This document shows positions 1-9,775 of a stretch of 64,000 bases of DNA, one piece after another. The DNA is from Anaerolineales bacterium (GTDB lineage: Bacteria; Chloroflexota; Anaerolineae; Anaerolineales; DRMV01). A program made the translations under genes and the position numbers. Every line of letters starts with the position of its first letter. Within the stretch, counting starts at the first letter, position 1. The notes beneath the pieces were generated by a model, which searched no databases, was not told the DNA's origin, and saw only the letters and a program-made list of their open reading frames with translations. The DNA lies in assembly GCA_026996855.1 (NCBI GenBank), contig JALWJZ010000016.1, forward strand, positions 567-64,566, read 5' to 3'.

Positions 1-220
1 CGCTTTGCAGCACCCAAAAATGGAAGGGGAAGGCCCAGGTGCCCACGAACCAGGCCGCGAGGTGCCCTCGCATGGCGGCCCAGGTCCACAAACCCCACAA
101 CCCGGGAAGCAGGCCCCAGGCCAGGAAAGGGGGACGGGCCCCTGCGGCCCAGCGTTGCCACAAGGCGGCAGGGGTGCGGGGGGCGCGTTTTCGCGTGGGC
201 GATGGGTGGGTGCGGGTCAT
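1..220 (-). CDS. possible 5' part of a Trp-rich membrane protein running off the left edge
   Basis: Own reverse-strand translation from CAT 218-220: MTRTHPSPTRKRAPRTPAALWQRWAAG..GLLPGLWGLWTWAAM.., open to nt 1. Absent from the ORF track (no stop in window). No clear SD. Confidence 0.25.
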   Translation of the reverse strand, partial: MTRTHPSPTRKRAPRTPAALWQRWAAGARPPFLAWGLLPGLWGLWTWAAMRGHLAAWFVGTWAFPFHFWVLQS

Positions 221-553
221 GGTTCGATACGATGCCTTCGCGAGGGGCTTGGCCATAGGCGAAGCGGAAAGGACCGTCCTCGCCACAAAAGTACCCTTTC
301 ATTGTACCCCATACCCTTTGCATCCCCGCGGACGCGATGCCTCCCTGGCGCAGTTGGAGGGTCCAATGGAGGTCCCTTGCGGGTTTTTTGACAGGCGGCC
401 CGACCTGCGTTTATGATGGATAAAGCCCATGCACAACCGTATCCGGCTTGTGCTTGGGGAAATCCGCCAATTTTTGCTGAACCGCTGTCCAAGTCAATGG
501 GCTCGATGCGTCCATAAAACCACCTTTGAAGGGTTTACGGAGAGCCGTTCATC

Positions 554-1069
554 ATGCAGTGGAAATGGAAGGACACCCAGGTGCCGGTGGAAATCACGCC
601 ACTGGTCGGCGGCGGTTTCCGATTGCAAGTGGGCGATTGGGCGGTCGAAGTGGATGCGGTGCGGTGGGAGGGCCCCCGGCTGGCCTTTCGTCAAGGGGCA
701 ACGTGGTACACCCTGTGGGTGGCCGAAACCCAAGAAGGGGTGTGGGTAGGCACTCAGGGCCGGGTCTGGTTCCTGGAGCCGTCCCGCGGTCGTCCAAAAC
801 GGAGCGGGGGCCCCTCCGGGACGGGCGACGGACGCTTGCGGGCACCCGTCCCTGCCCAGGTGCGGGAGATTCGTGTGCAGGAGGGGGAGCGGGTTTCCCA
901 GGGGCAGGTGGTGGTGGTGCTGGAGGCCATGAAAATGGAATTTCGTCTTCAGGCTCCCTTTCCCGGTGTGGTAAAACGGGTGGCTGCATCCCCCGGTCAG
1001 GTGGTGGAACGCGAATCGGTGGTGGTGGAGATTCTTCCCCTGGAAGGGGAAAGGCAACACGAGGGTTGA
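554..1069 (+). CDS. biotin/lipoyl attachment domain protein (biotin carboxyl carrier-like)
   Basis: C-terminal biotinyl domain with the EAMKM biotinylation motif (VVVVLEAMKMEFRLQAPFPG). Confidence 0.75.
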   Translation: MQWKWKDTQVPVEITPLVGGGFRLQVGDWAVEVDAVRWEGPRLAFRQGATWYTLWVAETQEGVWVGTQGRVWFLEPSRGRPKRSGGPSGTGDGRLRAPVPAQVREIRVQEGERVSQGQVVVVLEAMKMEFRLQAPFPGVVKRVAASPGQVVERESVVVEILPLEGERQHEG

Positions 1070-1171
1070 GTTGAGGGTGCCTCTCGGGCTGCCTTGGAAC
1101 CGGCAGGAGGGGCGCGGCTTTCTTCCCCGTTCTGCACGGCTGGGACGACCCAACGAAAAAGGAGGTCTTTC

Positions 1172-1726
1172 ATGGGTTTGAAGAACGATGCCTGGATACG
1201 CCGCATGGCGCTGGAACACGGCATGATCGAGCCCTTCGAGGACCGTCAGGTCCGTCAGGGTGTCATCTCCTACGGGCTTTCCTCCTACGGTTACGACATT
1301 CGGGTCGCGGATGAGTTCAAGATTTTCACCAATGCCTATTCCGCGGTGGTGGACCCCAAGCATTTCGACCCACGCTCTTTTGTGGATTTCAAAGGCCCTG
1401 TGTGCACCATACCGCCCAACTCCTTCGTCCTGGCACGTTCGGTGGAGTATTTCCGGGTGCCGCGAGGGGTGCTGTGCTTATGCGTGGGGAAAAGCACGTA
1501 TGCCCGATGCGGCATCGTGGTCAACGTGACCCCCTTGGAGCCGGAATGGGAGGGGTACATCACCATCGAGATTTCCAACACCACACCTTTGCCGGCCCGC
1601 ATTTACGCCCATGAAGGCATTGCCCAGGTCATTTTCCTGGAAGCCGACGAAGCATGTCAGGTTTCCTACGCGGACCGGAAGGGAAAGTATCAAGGCCAGC
1701 AGGGCATTGCCCTGCCGAGGGTATGA
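1172..1726 (+). CDS. dcd: dCTP deaminase
   Basis: [55 protein letters not shown] is typical Dcd. Internal ATG at 1172 is preceded by GGAGG at 1161-1165. Confidence 0.9.
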   Translation: MGLKNDAWIRRMALEHGMIEPFEDRQVRQGVISYGLSSYGYDIRVADEFKIFTNAYSAVVDPKHFDPRSFVDFKGPVCTIPPNSFVLARSVEYFRVPRGVLCLCVGKSTYARCGIVVNVTPLEPEWEGYITIEISNTTPLPARIYAHEGIAQVIFLEADEACQVSYADRKGKYQGQQGIALPRV

Positions 1727-1765
1727 GGGCTGTCCCCATTGCCGGGGAGCGGCGGATTTTGGGAG

Positions 1766-1800
1766 CCGAAAAAGGAACAGGGGCAGACCTGCGCTGCCCC
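1766..1800 (-). terminator. intrinsic terminator downstream of tRNA-Met
   Basis: Stem ggggcag (1780-1786) / ctgcccc (1794-1800), followed on the minus strand by a U-run (plus-strand gaaaaagg 1768-1775). Confidence 0.5.
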
Positions 1801-1811
1801 TGAGGGTGGCA

Positions 1812-1884
1812 TGGGCCCGGAGGGACTCGAACCCCCAACCAAGCGGTTATGAGCCGCCTGCTCTAACCGTTGAGCTACGGGCCC
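1812..1884 (-). tRNA. tRNA-Met (anticodon CAT, elongator-type; Ile2 not excluded)
   Basis: Reverse complement folds as a cloverleaf: gggcccg acceptor, ggcgg-ctCATaa-ccgct anticodon arm, ggggg-ttcgagt-ccctc T arm. CCA is not encoded. Confidence 0.85.
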
Positions 1885-1922
1885 ACACGAGGATGCCTCT
1901 ACCCGACGCGTTTCTTGGAGCC

Positions 1923-1960
1923 AAAACGGGGATGGGGCCGAGGATGGCCCACCATCCCCG
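1923..1960 (-). terminator. hairpin plus U-run between tRNA-Trp and tRNA-Met
   Basis: 9-bp stem cggggatgg (1927-1935) / ccatccccg (1952-1960) with an inner ggcc/ggcc. On the minus strand it is followed by tttt (plus-strand aaaa 1923-1926). Confidence 0.5.
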
Positions 1961-1965
1961 TACAG

Positions 1966-2037
1966 AGCGGGCGACGGGATTCGAACCCGCGCATGGCGGC
2001 TTGGAAGGCCGCTGCCTTACCACTTGGCTACGCCCGC
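1966..2037 (-). tRNA. tRNA-Trp (anticodon CCA)
   Basis: Reverse complement gcgggcgtagccaagtggtaaggcagcggccttCCAagccgccatgcgcgggttcgaatcccgtcgcccgct folds as a cloverleaf. CCA end is not encoded. Confidence 0.85.
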
Positions 2038-2270
2038 ATCCGGCCTTAATTCTAACGGGTCATCTTTGGGGAATCAAGCGCGCAAATAAGAAATGTACGC
2101 AGCAGCCAAGCCGCTGTGTACATTATCCCTCTCTTGTTTGCGTATAGCCTTCGGTGACGGTTTATGCTATCATAAGCCCGGCCGATAAATACCGAAGTGG
2201 GATGCGAGGAAGGGCCTTCCCATGCGCCCTTCCTTTTGCAAAAATTCGTTGAACGGGAGAGGAACGGACC

Positions 2271-4796
2271 ATGCAACGCTCCTTCTGGCCGTACCTGGTG
2301 GAAACGGGTGACGTGTTCCCGGAAGATTGGGAACCGCCTGCCGATTGGCGCCAGATGTTACGCTTTCTGCAAACCCAGCATCAATTGCTTTCGGAAATTC
2401 CCGACACTCCTTTGAACGAAAAGGGGACGTTGGTTCTGCCCGTCCTGCCCCTGCGGGGCATGGTGGTGTTCCCCGGTATGGTGGCGCCCATCGCGGTGGG
2501 GCGTCCCTTTTCCAAGGCCGCGGTGGATGCGGCCATGTCCTCGACCCGCACGTTAATTGCCCTTCCCCAATTGGATCCAGAGGTGGAATATCCCGAACCC
2601 AGGGACTTTCACACCGTAGGCGTGGAAGTAGTGCTGGGCGAGCCGCAAATGACCGAAGAAGGCATTTACACCCTGGTGGTGCAGGGTCGGCGTCGGGTGC
2701 GGGTGCTGCGTTGGGTGCAATTACAGCCCTTCTTTCTGGTGGAAGCGGAGCCTCTGGAAGAGCGGCTTCGGGAAGATGAGGCGGAGATTTTGGAACGGGC
2801 TTTGCGCCACAAACTGGAACAGGTGGTGCAAATGGCCCACCTGCCCATGGAAGTGTTGGACATCGCCAACGACATCAACGACCCCGGCGCACTGGCCGAC
2901 ATGGTGGCTGCAGGGGTGTTGCGTCTTACCTATCAGGATTTGCTGGAACTGCTCAGCACCACCGACGTGACCCAACGGCTGCGCCGGGTACTGCACGATT
3001 TGGCGCGAGAAATCGAGGTTTTGCAACTGGAGGCCCGCATCCAGAACCGGGTGCGGGAAGAGATGGAGCGTTCCCAGCGGGAAGCCTACCTGCGGGAGCA
3101 GATGCGGGCCATTCAAAGCGAATTGGGTGAGGGGGATTTCTGGCAGCAGGAACTGTCCGCGCTTCGGGAGCGCATCGAAAAGGCCGAACTCACCGAGGAG
3201 GCCCGCAAGACCGCGTTGCGGGAATGGGAGCGCCTGAGCCAGATGCCGCCCATGTCGCCCGAGGTGGGCATTGTGCGCAATTACATCGAGTGGATTTTGG
3301 AACTGCCCTGGACCAAGAAGACCGAGGACAACCTGGACCTTCGCCGCGCGGCCCGGATTTTGGACGAAACCCACTTTGGCCTGCCCCGGGCCAAGGAGCG
3401 CATTCTGGAACACATTGCGGTGCTCTCCCTGAAGCCCAAACGCAACCGGCAGCCCATCCTGTGCTTCGTGGGGCCGCCGGGTACGGGCAAGACTTCCCTG
3501 GGCCGGTCCATCGCCAAGGCCCTGGGCCGGGAGTTCGTGCGGGTTTCCCTGGGCGGTGTGCGGGACGAGGCCGAGATTCGCGGCCATCGGCGTACGTACA
3601 TCGGCGCGCTCCCTGGCCGCATTTTGCAGACCATGAAGCGGGCCGGTACCGTCAATCCCGTGTTCATGCTGGACGAAATCGACAAACTGGGCACCGATTT
3701 CCGGGGTGACCCCGCGTCCGCACTGCTGGAGGTGCTGGACCCCGAACAGAACGCAGCCTTTTCCGACCATTATCTGGAGATTCCTTACGACCTCTCCAAC
3801 GTGCTCTTCATCACCACGGCCAATACCTTGAGCACCATTCCCCCGGCTTTGCTGGACCGGATGGAGGTCATCGAGTTCCCCGGGTACATTGAAGAGGAAA
3901 AGGTGGAAATCGCCCGGCGTTTCCTCATCCCCCGCCAGTTGGAGGAAAGCGGCCTGGAGCCGGGTGAACTCACGTTCACCGAGGCGGCTTTGCGTCGTAT
4001 CATTCGGGAATACACCTACGAGGCCGGGGTGCGCAACTTGGAACGCACCATCGGCCGCATTTGTCGCAAGATTGCCCGTCGCAAGGCCGAAGGCCGCCGA
4101 TACCCCACCCGCATCACGCCTCGCTGGGTGGAAATGTTATTGGGGCCGCCTCAGCACTTCCACCTGGATGCTCTGGTGAAAGAAGACACCGTGGGTGTGG
4201 CTTTGGCCCTGGCCTGGACCGAAGCCGGGGGTGACCTGCTGCCCGTGGAAGTGGCGGTGATGGAAGGCAAGGGGAATTTGCAAATCACCGGTCAGGTGGG
4301 GGAGGTCATGCAAGAGTCGGCCCAGGCCGCGCTGTCCTTCATTCGTTCGCGCGCCCGGCAATACGGCTTGCAGCCGGACCTGTTCGAGAAGCGGGATTTG
4401 CACATCCACGTACCCGAGGGCGCGGTGCCCAAAGACGGCCCCAGTGCAGGCCTGGCTCTGCTGACCGCCCTGCTTTCGGCGTTGACGGAGCGCAAAGTAC
4501 GCCACACCGTAGGCATGACCGGGGAAATCACCTTGCAGGGACGGGTGCTTCCCGTGGGTGGCATTCGGGAAAAGGTGCTGGCCGCCCATCGGGCGGGCCT
4601 CAAGACGGTGTTGCTCCCCGAACCCAACTTGAAAGACCTGGTGGATGTGCCCAAAAGTGTGCGGGAGGAATTGGACATCGTACCCGTGCGCCATGTCGAA
4701 GAGGCCTTGAGCCGGGCTTTGCATCCGCCTCGGGAGCGGGAACGTGCTTCGCGGACGCGTCGTGCTCGGCCCGGGGTGGCATCTCCCGCGGTGTAA
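2271..4796 (+). CDS. lon: ATP-dependent Lon protease (LonA type)
   Basis: [15 protein letters not shown]-domain, Walker [10 protein letters not shown], and the protease motif PKDGPSAG. 841 aa. Confidence 0.95.
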   Translation: MQRSFWPYLVETGDVFPEDWEPPADWRQMLRFLQTQHQLLSEIPDTPLNEKGTLVLPVLPLRGMVVFPGMVAPIAVGRPFSKAAVDAAMSSTRTLIALPQLDPEVEYPEPRDFHTVGVEVVLGEPQMTEEGIYTLVVQGRRRVRVLRWVQLQPFFLVEAEPLEERLREDEAEILERALRHKLEQVVQMAHLPMEVLDIANDINDPGALADMVAAGVLRLTYQDLLELLSTTDVTQRLRRVLHDLAREIEVLQLEARIQNRVREEMERSQREAYLREQMRAIQSELGEGDFWQQELSALRERIEKAELTEEARKTALREWERLSQMPPMSPEVGIVRNYIEWILELPWTKKTEDNLDLRRAARILDETHFGLPRAKERILEHIAVLSLKPKRNRQPILCFVGPPGTGKTSLGRSIAKALGREFVRVSLGGVRDEAEIRGHRRTYIGALPGRILQTMKRAGTVNPVFMLDEIDKLGTDFRGDPASALLEVLDPEQNAAFSDHYLEIPYDLSNVLFITTANTLSTIPPALLDRMEVIEFPGYIEEEKVEIARRFLIPRQLEESGLEPGELTFTEAALRRIIREYTYEAGVRNLERTIGRICRKIARRKAEGRRYPTRITPRWVEMLLGPPQHFHLDALVKEDTVGVALALAWTEAGGDLLPVEVAVMEGKGNLQITGQVGEVMQESAQAALSFIRSRARQYGLQPDLFEKRDLHIHVPEGAVPKDGPSAGLALLTALLSALTERKVRHTVGMTGEITLQGRVLPVGGIREKVLAAHRAGLKTVLLPEPNLKDLVDVPKSVREELDIVPVRHVEEALSRALHPPRERERASRTRRARPGVASPAV

Positions 4797-4877
4797 ACCG
4801 GGTTTGGCGTCGAACTCGCAGGCGTTGCTCGTAGTATGGTAGGGTCGAGCCTCTCAGGGTTGATAAGGAGCGTGCCC

Positions 4878-5804
4878 ATGGACGAGGGAACCCGCTTTCT
4901 GCCCGTGACTGCGGAAACGCCCATTGCACCCACGCTGGGTGTGTGGGAGAAGTATTTGGAGGAAGAGGGCCGTTCGCCGTATACAATTCGAGGTTTCGTG
5001 AGCGATTTGCGGCTTCTGGCCACTTTCCTTTCGCCAGAACGGCCCGTGGGGCAGATCCGCCTCCAGGACCTGGAAGGCTTTCTGGAGTGGCTTCAGTATC
5101 GGCGCGGGGTGCCGTGCAGTCCCAAGAGCCTGGCCCGGCGCATTACCAGCATCAAGGCTTTCTTCCGGTGGTTGCACAAGTACGGCGTCATCGAGGCCAA
5201 CCCGGCCGAGCGTCTGGTGCAGCGTTCGGTGACCACCGCGCCGCCGCGCGCCCTCTTCCCCCGAGAAGTGTACACGGTGCTGGAAACCGCCCAGGCTTTG
5301 TGGACCGGCGCCGAGGCGGACCCGCGGCCTTACACCCTGTTTACCCTGCTTTACGCCACAGGCATGAAAAAAGGGGAAGTGCTCGGCCTGCGGACGAAGC
5401 ACCTGGTGCTGGACGGGCCGCAAGGGCCGTATCTGTTCGTGCGTTATCCCAAACCCAGCCAGCGGTACAAAGAGCGGCGTCTGGCCCTGCCTCACGCGTG
5501 GGTGCCGGCCTTCGAAGCGTACCGGAAGCGGTACGCGATTGTGGACCGGCTCTTCCCCTGGTCACCCCGTAACGTGGAGTACGTGCTGGAAAACCTGGGC
5601 AAGGCCGCGGGCCTGGAGCGCCGGCTTTCCTTCGTGGTGTGTCGGTGGACGGCTGCTCTGCGGGATTGGCGCAACGGCATGGAACCGGAAGCCTTGCGGG
5701 AAAAATTGGGCCTTTCACCGGTGCAATGGAAGGACGTGGCCCGGAAACTGGCCCTTTTGGATGCCACCGTGCCCAAGGACGAACCGTATCCCGAACTGGA
5801 TTGA
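4878..5804 (+). CDS. tyrosine-recombinase (XerC/D)-like protein with degenerate active site
   Basis: The SAM-like N-domain (SPYTIRGFVSDLRLL..SIKAFFRWL) and the LLYATGMKKGEV box resemble Xer. ATG at 4878 has AAGGAG at 4865-4870. Catalytic positions appear substituted (see findings). Confidence 0.7.
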   Translation: MDEGTRFLPVTAETPIAPTLGVWEKYLEEEGRSPYTIRGFVSDLRLLATFLSPERPVGQIRLQDLEGFLEWLQYRRGVPCSPKSLARRITSIKAFFRWLHKYGVIEANPAERLVQRSVTTAPPRALFPREVYTVLETAQALWTGAEADPRPYTLFTLLYATGMKKGEVLGLRTKHLVLDGPQGPYLFVRYPKPSQRYKERRLALPHAWVPAFEAYRKRYAIVDRLFPWSPRNVEYVLENLGKAAGLERRLSFVVCRWTAALRDWRNGMEPEALREKLGLSPVQWKDVARKLALLDATVPKDEPYPELD

Positions 5805-5854
5805 CGGGGAGCCGTTGGAGAACGAAAACGAACGGTCACCTGACCGCCCGTTTT

Positions 5855-6379
5855 TCATGAGGTTGCGTTGTGCCCGTTCTTGCGGGGACAGATGTGGGTC
5901 TCCAGGTCTTCAACGATTTGCCCACATTGCGGACATGTGGGCAGGGTGCTGCGCAACACTTCCATACTCCACAGCACCAGTTGCAGAACTTGGTCTCGGG
6001 TGCACCAAAAGCGCACGGTACGAGGGGAACCCCTTTGTTCCCGGGCCACCTGTTCCCGTAGTTCCAACACCACCAGGTCGTTTTCTGGGTCATAACCCAG
6101 ACCCACGGTGCCTACCCGGAACAGCGGGGACAGGGGTGGAAACAGCCCCATTTGTCCCTCTTCCACGCTGTGGCCTTCGGGAGGCAGGTGGGGATAGCGC
6201 TCATGGACCTCGGCCAGGAACTCGGGGATGCCTGTGGTGAGGGCTTGCAGCATTTCCAGGCTGAGTTCCACCGTGATTTGGCGGGCACCGATGCGTCCTT
6301 GCAGATAGAAAGAAGCAGGTTCTCGTCGTGCCAGGGCCACGGTGAGGATGTCCACCGGCCCCAGGTCGATTCGGGACAT
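5855..6379 (-). CDS. DUF3090 family protein
   Basis: MSRIDLGPVDILTVALARREPASFYLQ..FRVGTVGLGYDPENDLVVLEL..CPQCGQ matches my recollection of DUF3090/TIGR03847. Internal ATG at 6379 has an AAGGAG SD. Confidence 0.65.
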   Translation of the reverse strand: MSRIDLGPVDILTVALARREPASFYLQGRIGARQITVELSLEMLQALTTGIPEFLAEVHERYPHLPPEGHSVEEGQMGLFPPLSPLFRVGTVGLGYDPENDLVVLELREQVAREQRGSPRTVRFWCTRDQVLQLVLWSMEVLRSTLPTCPQCGQIVEDLETHICPRKNGHNATS

Positions 6380-6544
6380 AAGCACTCCTTGCGGGAAAGG
6401 CTTTCTTCCTTCCACTTTACCACGGAATGCTTTTTTTAGCAGCGGCACTCCGGTCTTTTTTGGAAAGAAAAGGATGGTATAAGGAGACCGGATGCTTCCT
6501 GTTCCCATCCCCTCCATCTACAACCTGCGTTTCGGGAGTGCTCT

Positions 6545-8083
6545 ATGAAGTCTGGTACCAACGCAAACGGGCACGCTTCCAGGGATGGGTCCCTGGCGCT
6601 GTTGCTGGTGCTTGGGTTGCTGGCAACCATTCTGGTGCCTTACGTCTATTTGTACTGGGCGGGCATGCATCAAGGCCGGGTTTTCATCGGGGTGATTTAT
6701 AACCTGCCCGATAACCTGTCTTATCTGGCCAAAATGATGCAAGGGTACCGGGGTGCCTGGCTCTTTCGCTTGCCTTACACCGCGGATGCCGAACCCACCG
6801 CGGTGCTGTTCGTCTTTCACCTGGCCCTGGGCCACCTGGCCCGGATGCTGGGGTGGCCCATTCCTCTGGTTTACCACCTGGCCCGGTTGAGCGGCGCGGC
6901 CCTGTTGGTACTGACCCTGGGATGGTGGTATCGGGCCTGGTCCGGGAACGCTCCCTGGTGGCGTAAAGCCTGGGCCTGGGGGGTCTTCGCGGTGGGCATG
7001 GACGCGTGGGGTTTCTTGTTTTTCCAGGGTTTGGCAGTTTCCGAAGTATACCCCTTTCTGTCGGCCCTGTTCAACGCCCACTTCCCCTGGGCCTTGGTCC
7101 TGCTGGTGGTGGCCATGCATCCCCATTGGCCCCGGTGGTTGCAGGCCCGTCGGGGGTACGGGTTGGGACTTTTGCTTTTGGGCCTGGGCATGGCGCTGGT
7201 GGCTCCTTTTGGGGTGTTGGTGGCCGGGCTGGCTTGGGGCCTGTGGGGCCTGTGGGAGAAAGCGCGACACGGCCGTTCCCCCTGGGCCGCCTGGACCGTG
7301 GCTACCCTACTGGGCCTGGGCGCCGCGCCGTATTTGGGATACGTGCTGTGGGCCGTCCGCCAGGACCCCTGGCTGGCCGGGTGGAACGCGCAAAACCGAA
7401 CGCCCATCATGGGTTTCTGGACCACCTTTTTCCTTTTTGCCCCCTGGTGGGTGGGCGTGGTGGTGGGCTGGCGGAGCCGTCGAGAGGATTGGGCCTTCTT
7501 CTGGGTGCTTTCCAGTTGGGCGTGGGCTTTGGCCCCCCTGGCTTTGCAGCGTCGTATGTGGCTGGGCGTGGCCATCCCTATGGTTGGCCTGACCGTGGCC
7601 GCACGGCATCCCTGGCCCCGTTGGGCGCGCTGGTTGCTGCCCCTGTTGGTGGCGCCCACCTGGGGCCTGTACCTGGTGGGTGCCATGTACAACGCCCATC
7701 TGCCCCATAGCCCGCTCTTCTTGAGTCGGGAAGAGGCGGATCTCTTCGTCTGGATGCGGACCCACCTTCCTGTGGATACCCGGGTGCTCACCGGGCCGGT
7801 AACGGGCATGTACGTACCGGCCTTTGCGGGGCAGCGGGTGTTTTACGGGCACGATTTCGAAACGGTCAATGCCGACGAGGAACGGGCCTGGGTAATTTGG
7901 ATGTTGTGCGAAGCGCCGCCGGCCGCGGCCCGGGAGGCGTTGCAACGCCGGCGGGTGGATGCGGTCCTGTGGACGGCGCGGGAAAGCCGTTTGTGCGGCC
8001 ATGGGCCGCCAGCGTGGGTGAAGAGCGAGCCGGTACTCTGGTCGCGCGGCTCGGTGCGGCTGTATCGAGTGGGCCAACGGTAA
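6545..8083 (+). CDS. polytopic membrane protein, GT-C (ArnT/PMT)-like glycosyltransferase candidate
   Basis: 512 aa with many hydrophobic Trp-rich segments. No soluble-domain motif recognised. Family assignment is by general architecture only. Confidence 0.45.
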   Translation: MKSGTNANGHASRDGSLALLLVLGLLATILVPYVYLYWAGMHQGRVFIGVIYNLPDNLSYLAKMMQGYRGAWLFRLPYTADAEPTAVLFVFHLALGHLARMLGWPIPLVYHLARLSGAALLVLTLGWWYRAWSGNAPWWRKAWAWGVFAVGMDAWGFLFFQGLAVSEVYPFLSALFNAHFPWALVLLVVAMHPHWPRWLQARRGYGLGLLLLGLGMALVAPFGVLVAGLAWGLWGLWEKARHGRSPWAAWTVATLLGLGAAPYLGYVLWAVRQDPWLAGWNAQNRTPIMGFWTTFFLFAPWWVGVVVGWRSRREDWAFFWVLSSWAWALAPLALQRRMWLGVAIPMVGLTVAARHPWPRWARWLLPLLVAPTWGLYLVGAMYNAHLPHSPLFLSREEADLFVWMRTHLPVDTRVLTGPVTGMYVPAFAGQRVFYGHDFETVNADEERAWVIWMLCEAPPAAAREALQRRRVDAVLWTARESRLCGHGPPAWVKSEPVLWSRGSVRLYRVGQR

Positions 8084-8099
8084 GGGTGTGTTCAGGAAA

Positions 8100-8138
8100 A
8101 CGGACGAGGGGCGGCTGGCAAAGCCGCCCCTCGTCCGT
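8100..8138 (-). terminator. intrinsic terminator after the FprA-like gene (between convergent genes)
   Basis: Perfect 16-bp inverted repeat acggacgaggggcggc / gccgcccctcgtccgt with loop tggcaaa. A U-run follows on the minus strand (plus-strand aaaa 8097-8100). Confidence 0.6.
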
Positions 8139-8196
8139 CACGGAGGTGAAGCCATGCGAAAGGTAAAGGAGAAGGTGCGGCCCGATGGAGGCTTCT

Positions 8197-9537
8197 TTAT
8201 GCGTGTTCCAGCAGGCCCATGGCCTGGAGCATGGCTTCGTTGCTGTCGAATTTGAATTCTGGCAATCCGCGGCGTCGGGCTTCTTCCTGTTCCACGGCTT
8301 CCAAGCGCTTCACGTCTTCCCAGGTGATGACGGGTTTCTGAACCCTCTTTCGAATGGTTTCGAGCAACGCGTCGAGGTCCACGTCTACAGGCTCCAGGGT
8401 TTGGAGATACTGCCAGACGGCCTGGGCCGCGTTTTCTCCGTCTTTGCGCGCGGTGCCGACCAATCCTGTGCTGGGCTGCCGGGCCCATCCGGCTACGAAA
8501 ATACCCTCAATGGGCTGGCCCGTTTCGGGGTCGTAGGCTTCATAAGAGGTGCCTTCTACCGGGAAGCGGGGGTTGGGGTTCGTGGCGTACGCGTTCCATT
8601 CCAGAGGAAGGCCGAAGTTGGGGTCCACCCGGTCGCCGATGGAAAAGATGACCGTGTCCACGTCCAGGGTGTAGGTGGTGCCCAGGCGTTTGGCCTTGGT
8701 GCGCCCATTCTCCAGAACCAGTTCGGTGTCTTCCAGTTCCAGCGCGCGCACCCGTCCCTGCTCGTCGCCCAGGATGCGTTTGGGGGAGGATAGGAAGCGG
8801 AAACGGAACACCGTGGGTGAACCCGTCTCCGGCGCGCCCTCGGCCATGCCCAGAATGAAGCGTTTGGCTTCTTCGGGGTCCTGGCCCACTTTGCGCAGGC
8901 GGTCCGCAATGCGCTCGATTTCCTTTTCGAAGTCTTGTACATCCAGGTTGTGGGCGAAACGCTTGAACTCCTTTTTGTCGAACTTGACCTCGAAAGGACC
9001 GCGGCGGGCAATGGCATACACTTCGTCCACCTTCAGGTCCTTGATGAGGTAGGTGGCGATGTCGGCCATTACATTCCCCACGCCGATGATGCCCACCTTG
9101 CGGCCGATCTTGAATTCCATTTGGCTGTACGGCGGCAGATGGTTGTAGTGGTAGACGATTTCCTTGGCGTGGTACACGCCTTCCAAATCCTCACCCGGCA
9201 GGCCCAGGGATTTGGTACCCTGCGCGCCGGTGGTGACCAGGATGGCCTGGAAGCCCAGTTCCTTCAGGTCGTCCAGGGTCAGGTCGCCCTGCTGGCCGAT
9301 GGTGATGTGGCCCAGGTACGTAATGCCGGGCATGTCCAGAATGCGGTGGAACTGTTTCCGCAGCCCGGCCTTCATCTTGTGTTTGTCGTGGTAAATGCCG
9401 TATTCGGCCAGGCCGCCGGGTTTGATGTCCCGGTTGAAAATCACGACGTGTGCCCCCTTTTGGGCCAATACGCGAGCCGCGTACAACCCTGCGGGGCCGG
9501 CTCCGATGACGGCCACCAAGTACCCTTTTTCATTCAT
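8197..9537 (-). CDS. FAD-dependent NADPH:ferredoxin/adrenodoxin oxidoreductase-like (FprA type)
   Basis: Dinucleotide fold VAVIGAGPAGLYAA and second fold KVGIIGVGNVMAD, with FprA-like length. ATG at 9537 follows GGGAGGTG. Confidence 0.75.
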   Translation of the reverse strand: MNEKGYLVAVIGAGPAGLYAARVLAQKGAHVVIFNRDIKPGGLAEYGIYHDKHKMKAGLRKQFHRILDMPGITYLGHITIGQQGDLTLDDLKELGFQAILVTTGAQGTKSLGLPGEDLEGVYHAKEIVYHYNHLPPYSQMEFKIGRKVGIIGVGNVMADIATYLIKDLKVDEVYAIARRGPFEVKFDKKEFKRFAHNLDVQDFEKEIERIADRLRKVGQDPEEAKRFILGMAEGAPETGSPTVFRFRFLSSPKRILGDEQGRVRALELEDTELVLENGRTKAKRLGTTYTLDVDTVIFSIGDRVDPNFGLPLEWNAYATNPNPRFPVEGTSYEAYDPETGQPIEGIFVAGWARQPSTGLVGTARKDGENAAQAVWQYLQTLEPVDVDLDALLETIRKRVQKPVITWEDVKRLEAVEQEEARRRGLPEFKFDSNEAMLQAMGLLEHA

Positions 9538-9775
9538 GGATGCACCTCCCAAGTATGGTCCTCCAATTGGGACGCCGAGTTGCTTCGCAAAACCCTGTAT
9601 TGCAGCCCGTCCTCCCCTGGGCCGCCCCGCATTATACTCCCCTTGGGGTTCTTCTGTCTATGGGTCAAATGTCACATTTTTCCGAGGAATTGTGGGCACG
9701 TCAGCCCGGAAATCCCGTCGCATTGTTCTTTCTCCGAGGCTGGTCCATACTGGGAAAGGGTGAAGTTCCTCCGTT

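Noticed and set aside
4878-5804. An active integrase marking a prophage or genomic island next to the tRNA genes and lon.
   Set aside because: The catalytic residues appear substituted. There are no direct repeats of the tRNA 3' ends and no phage or cargo genes. The neighbours are housekeeping genes.
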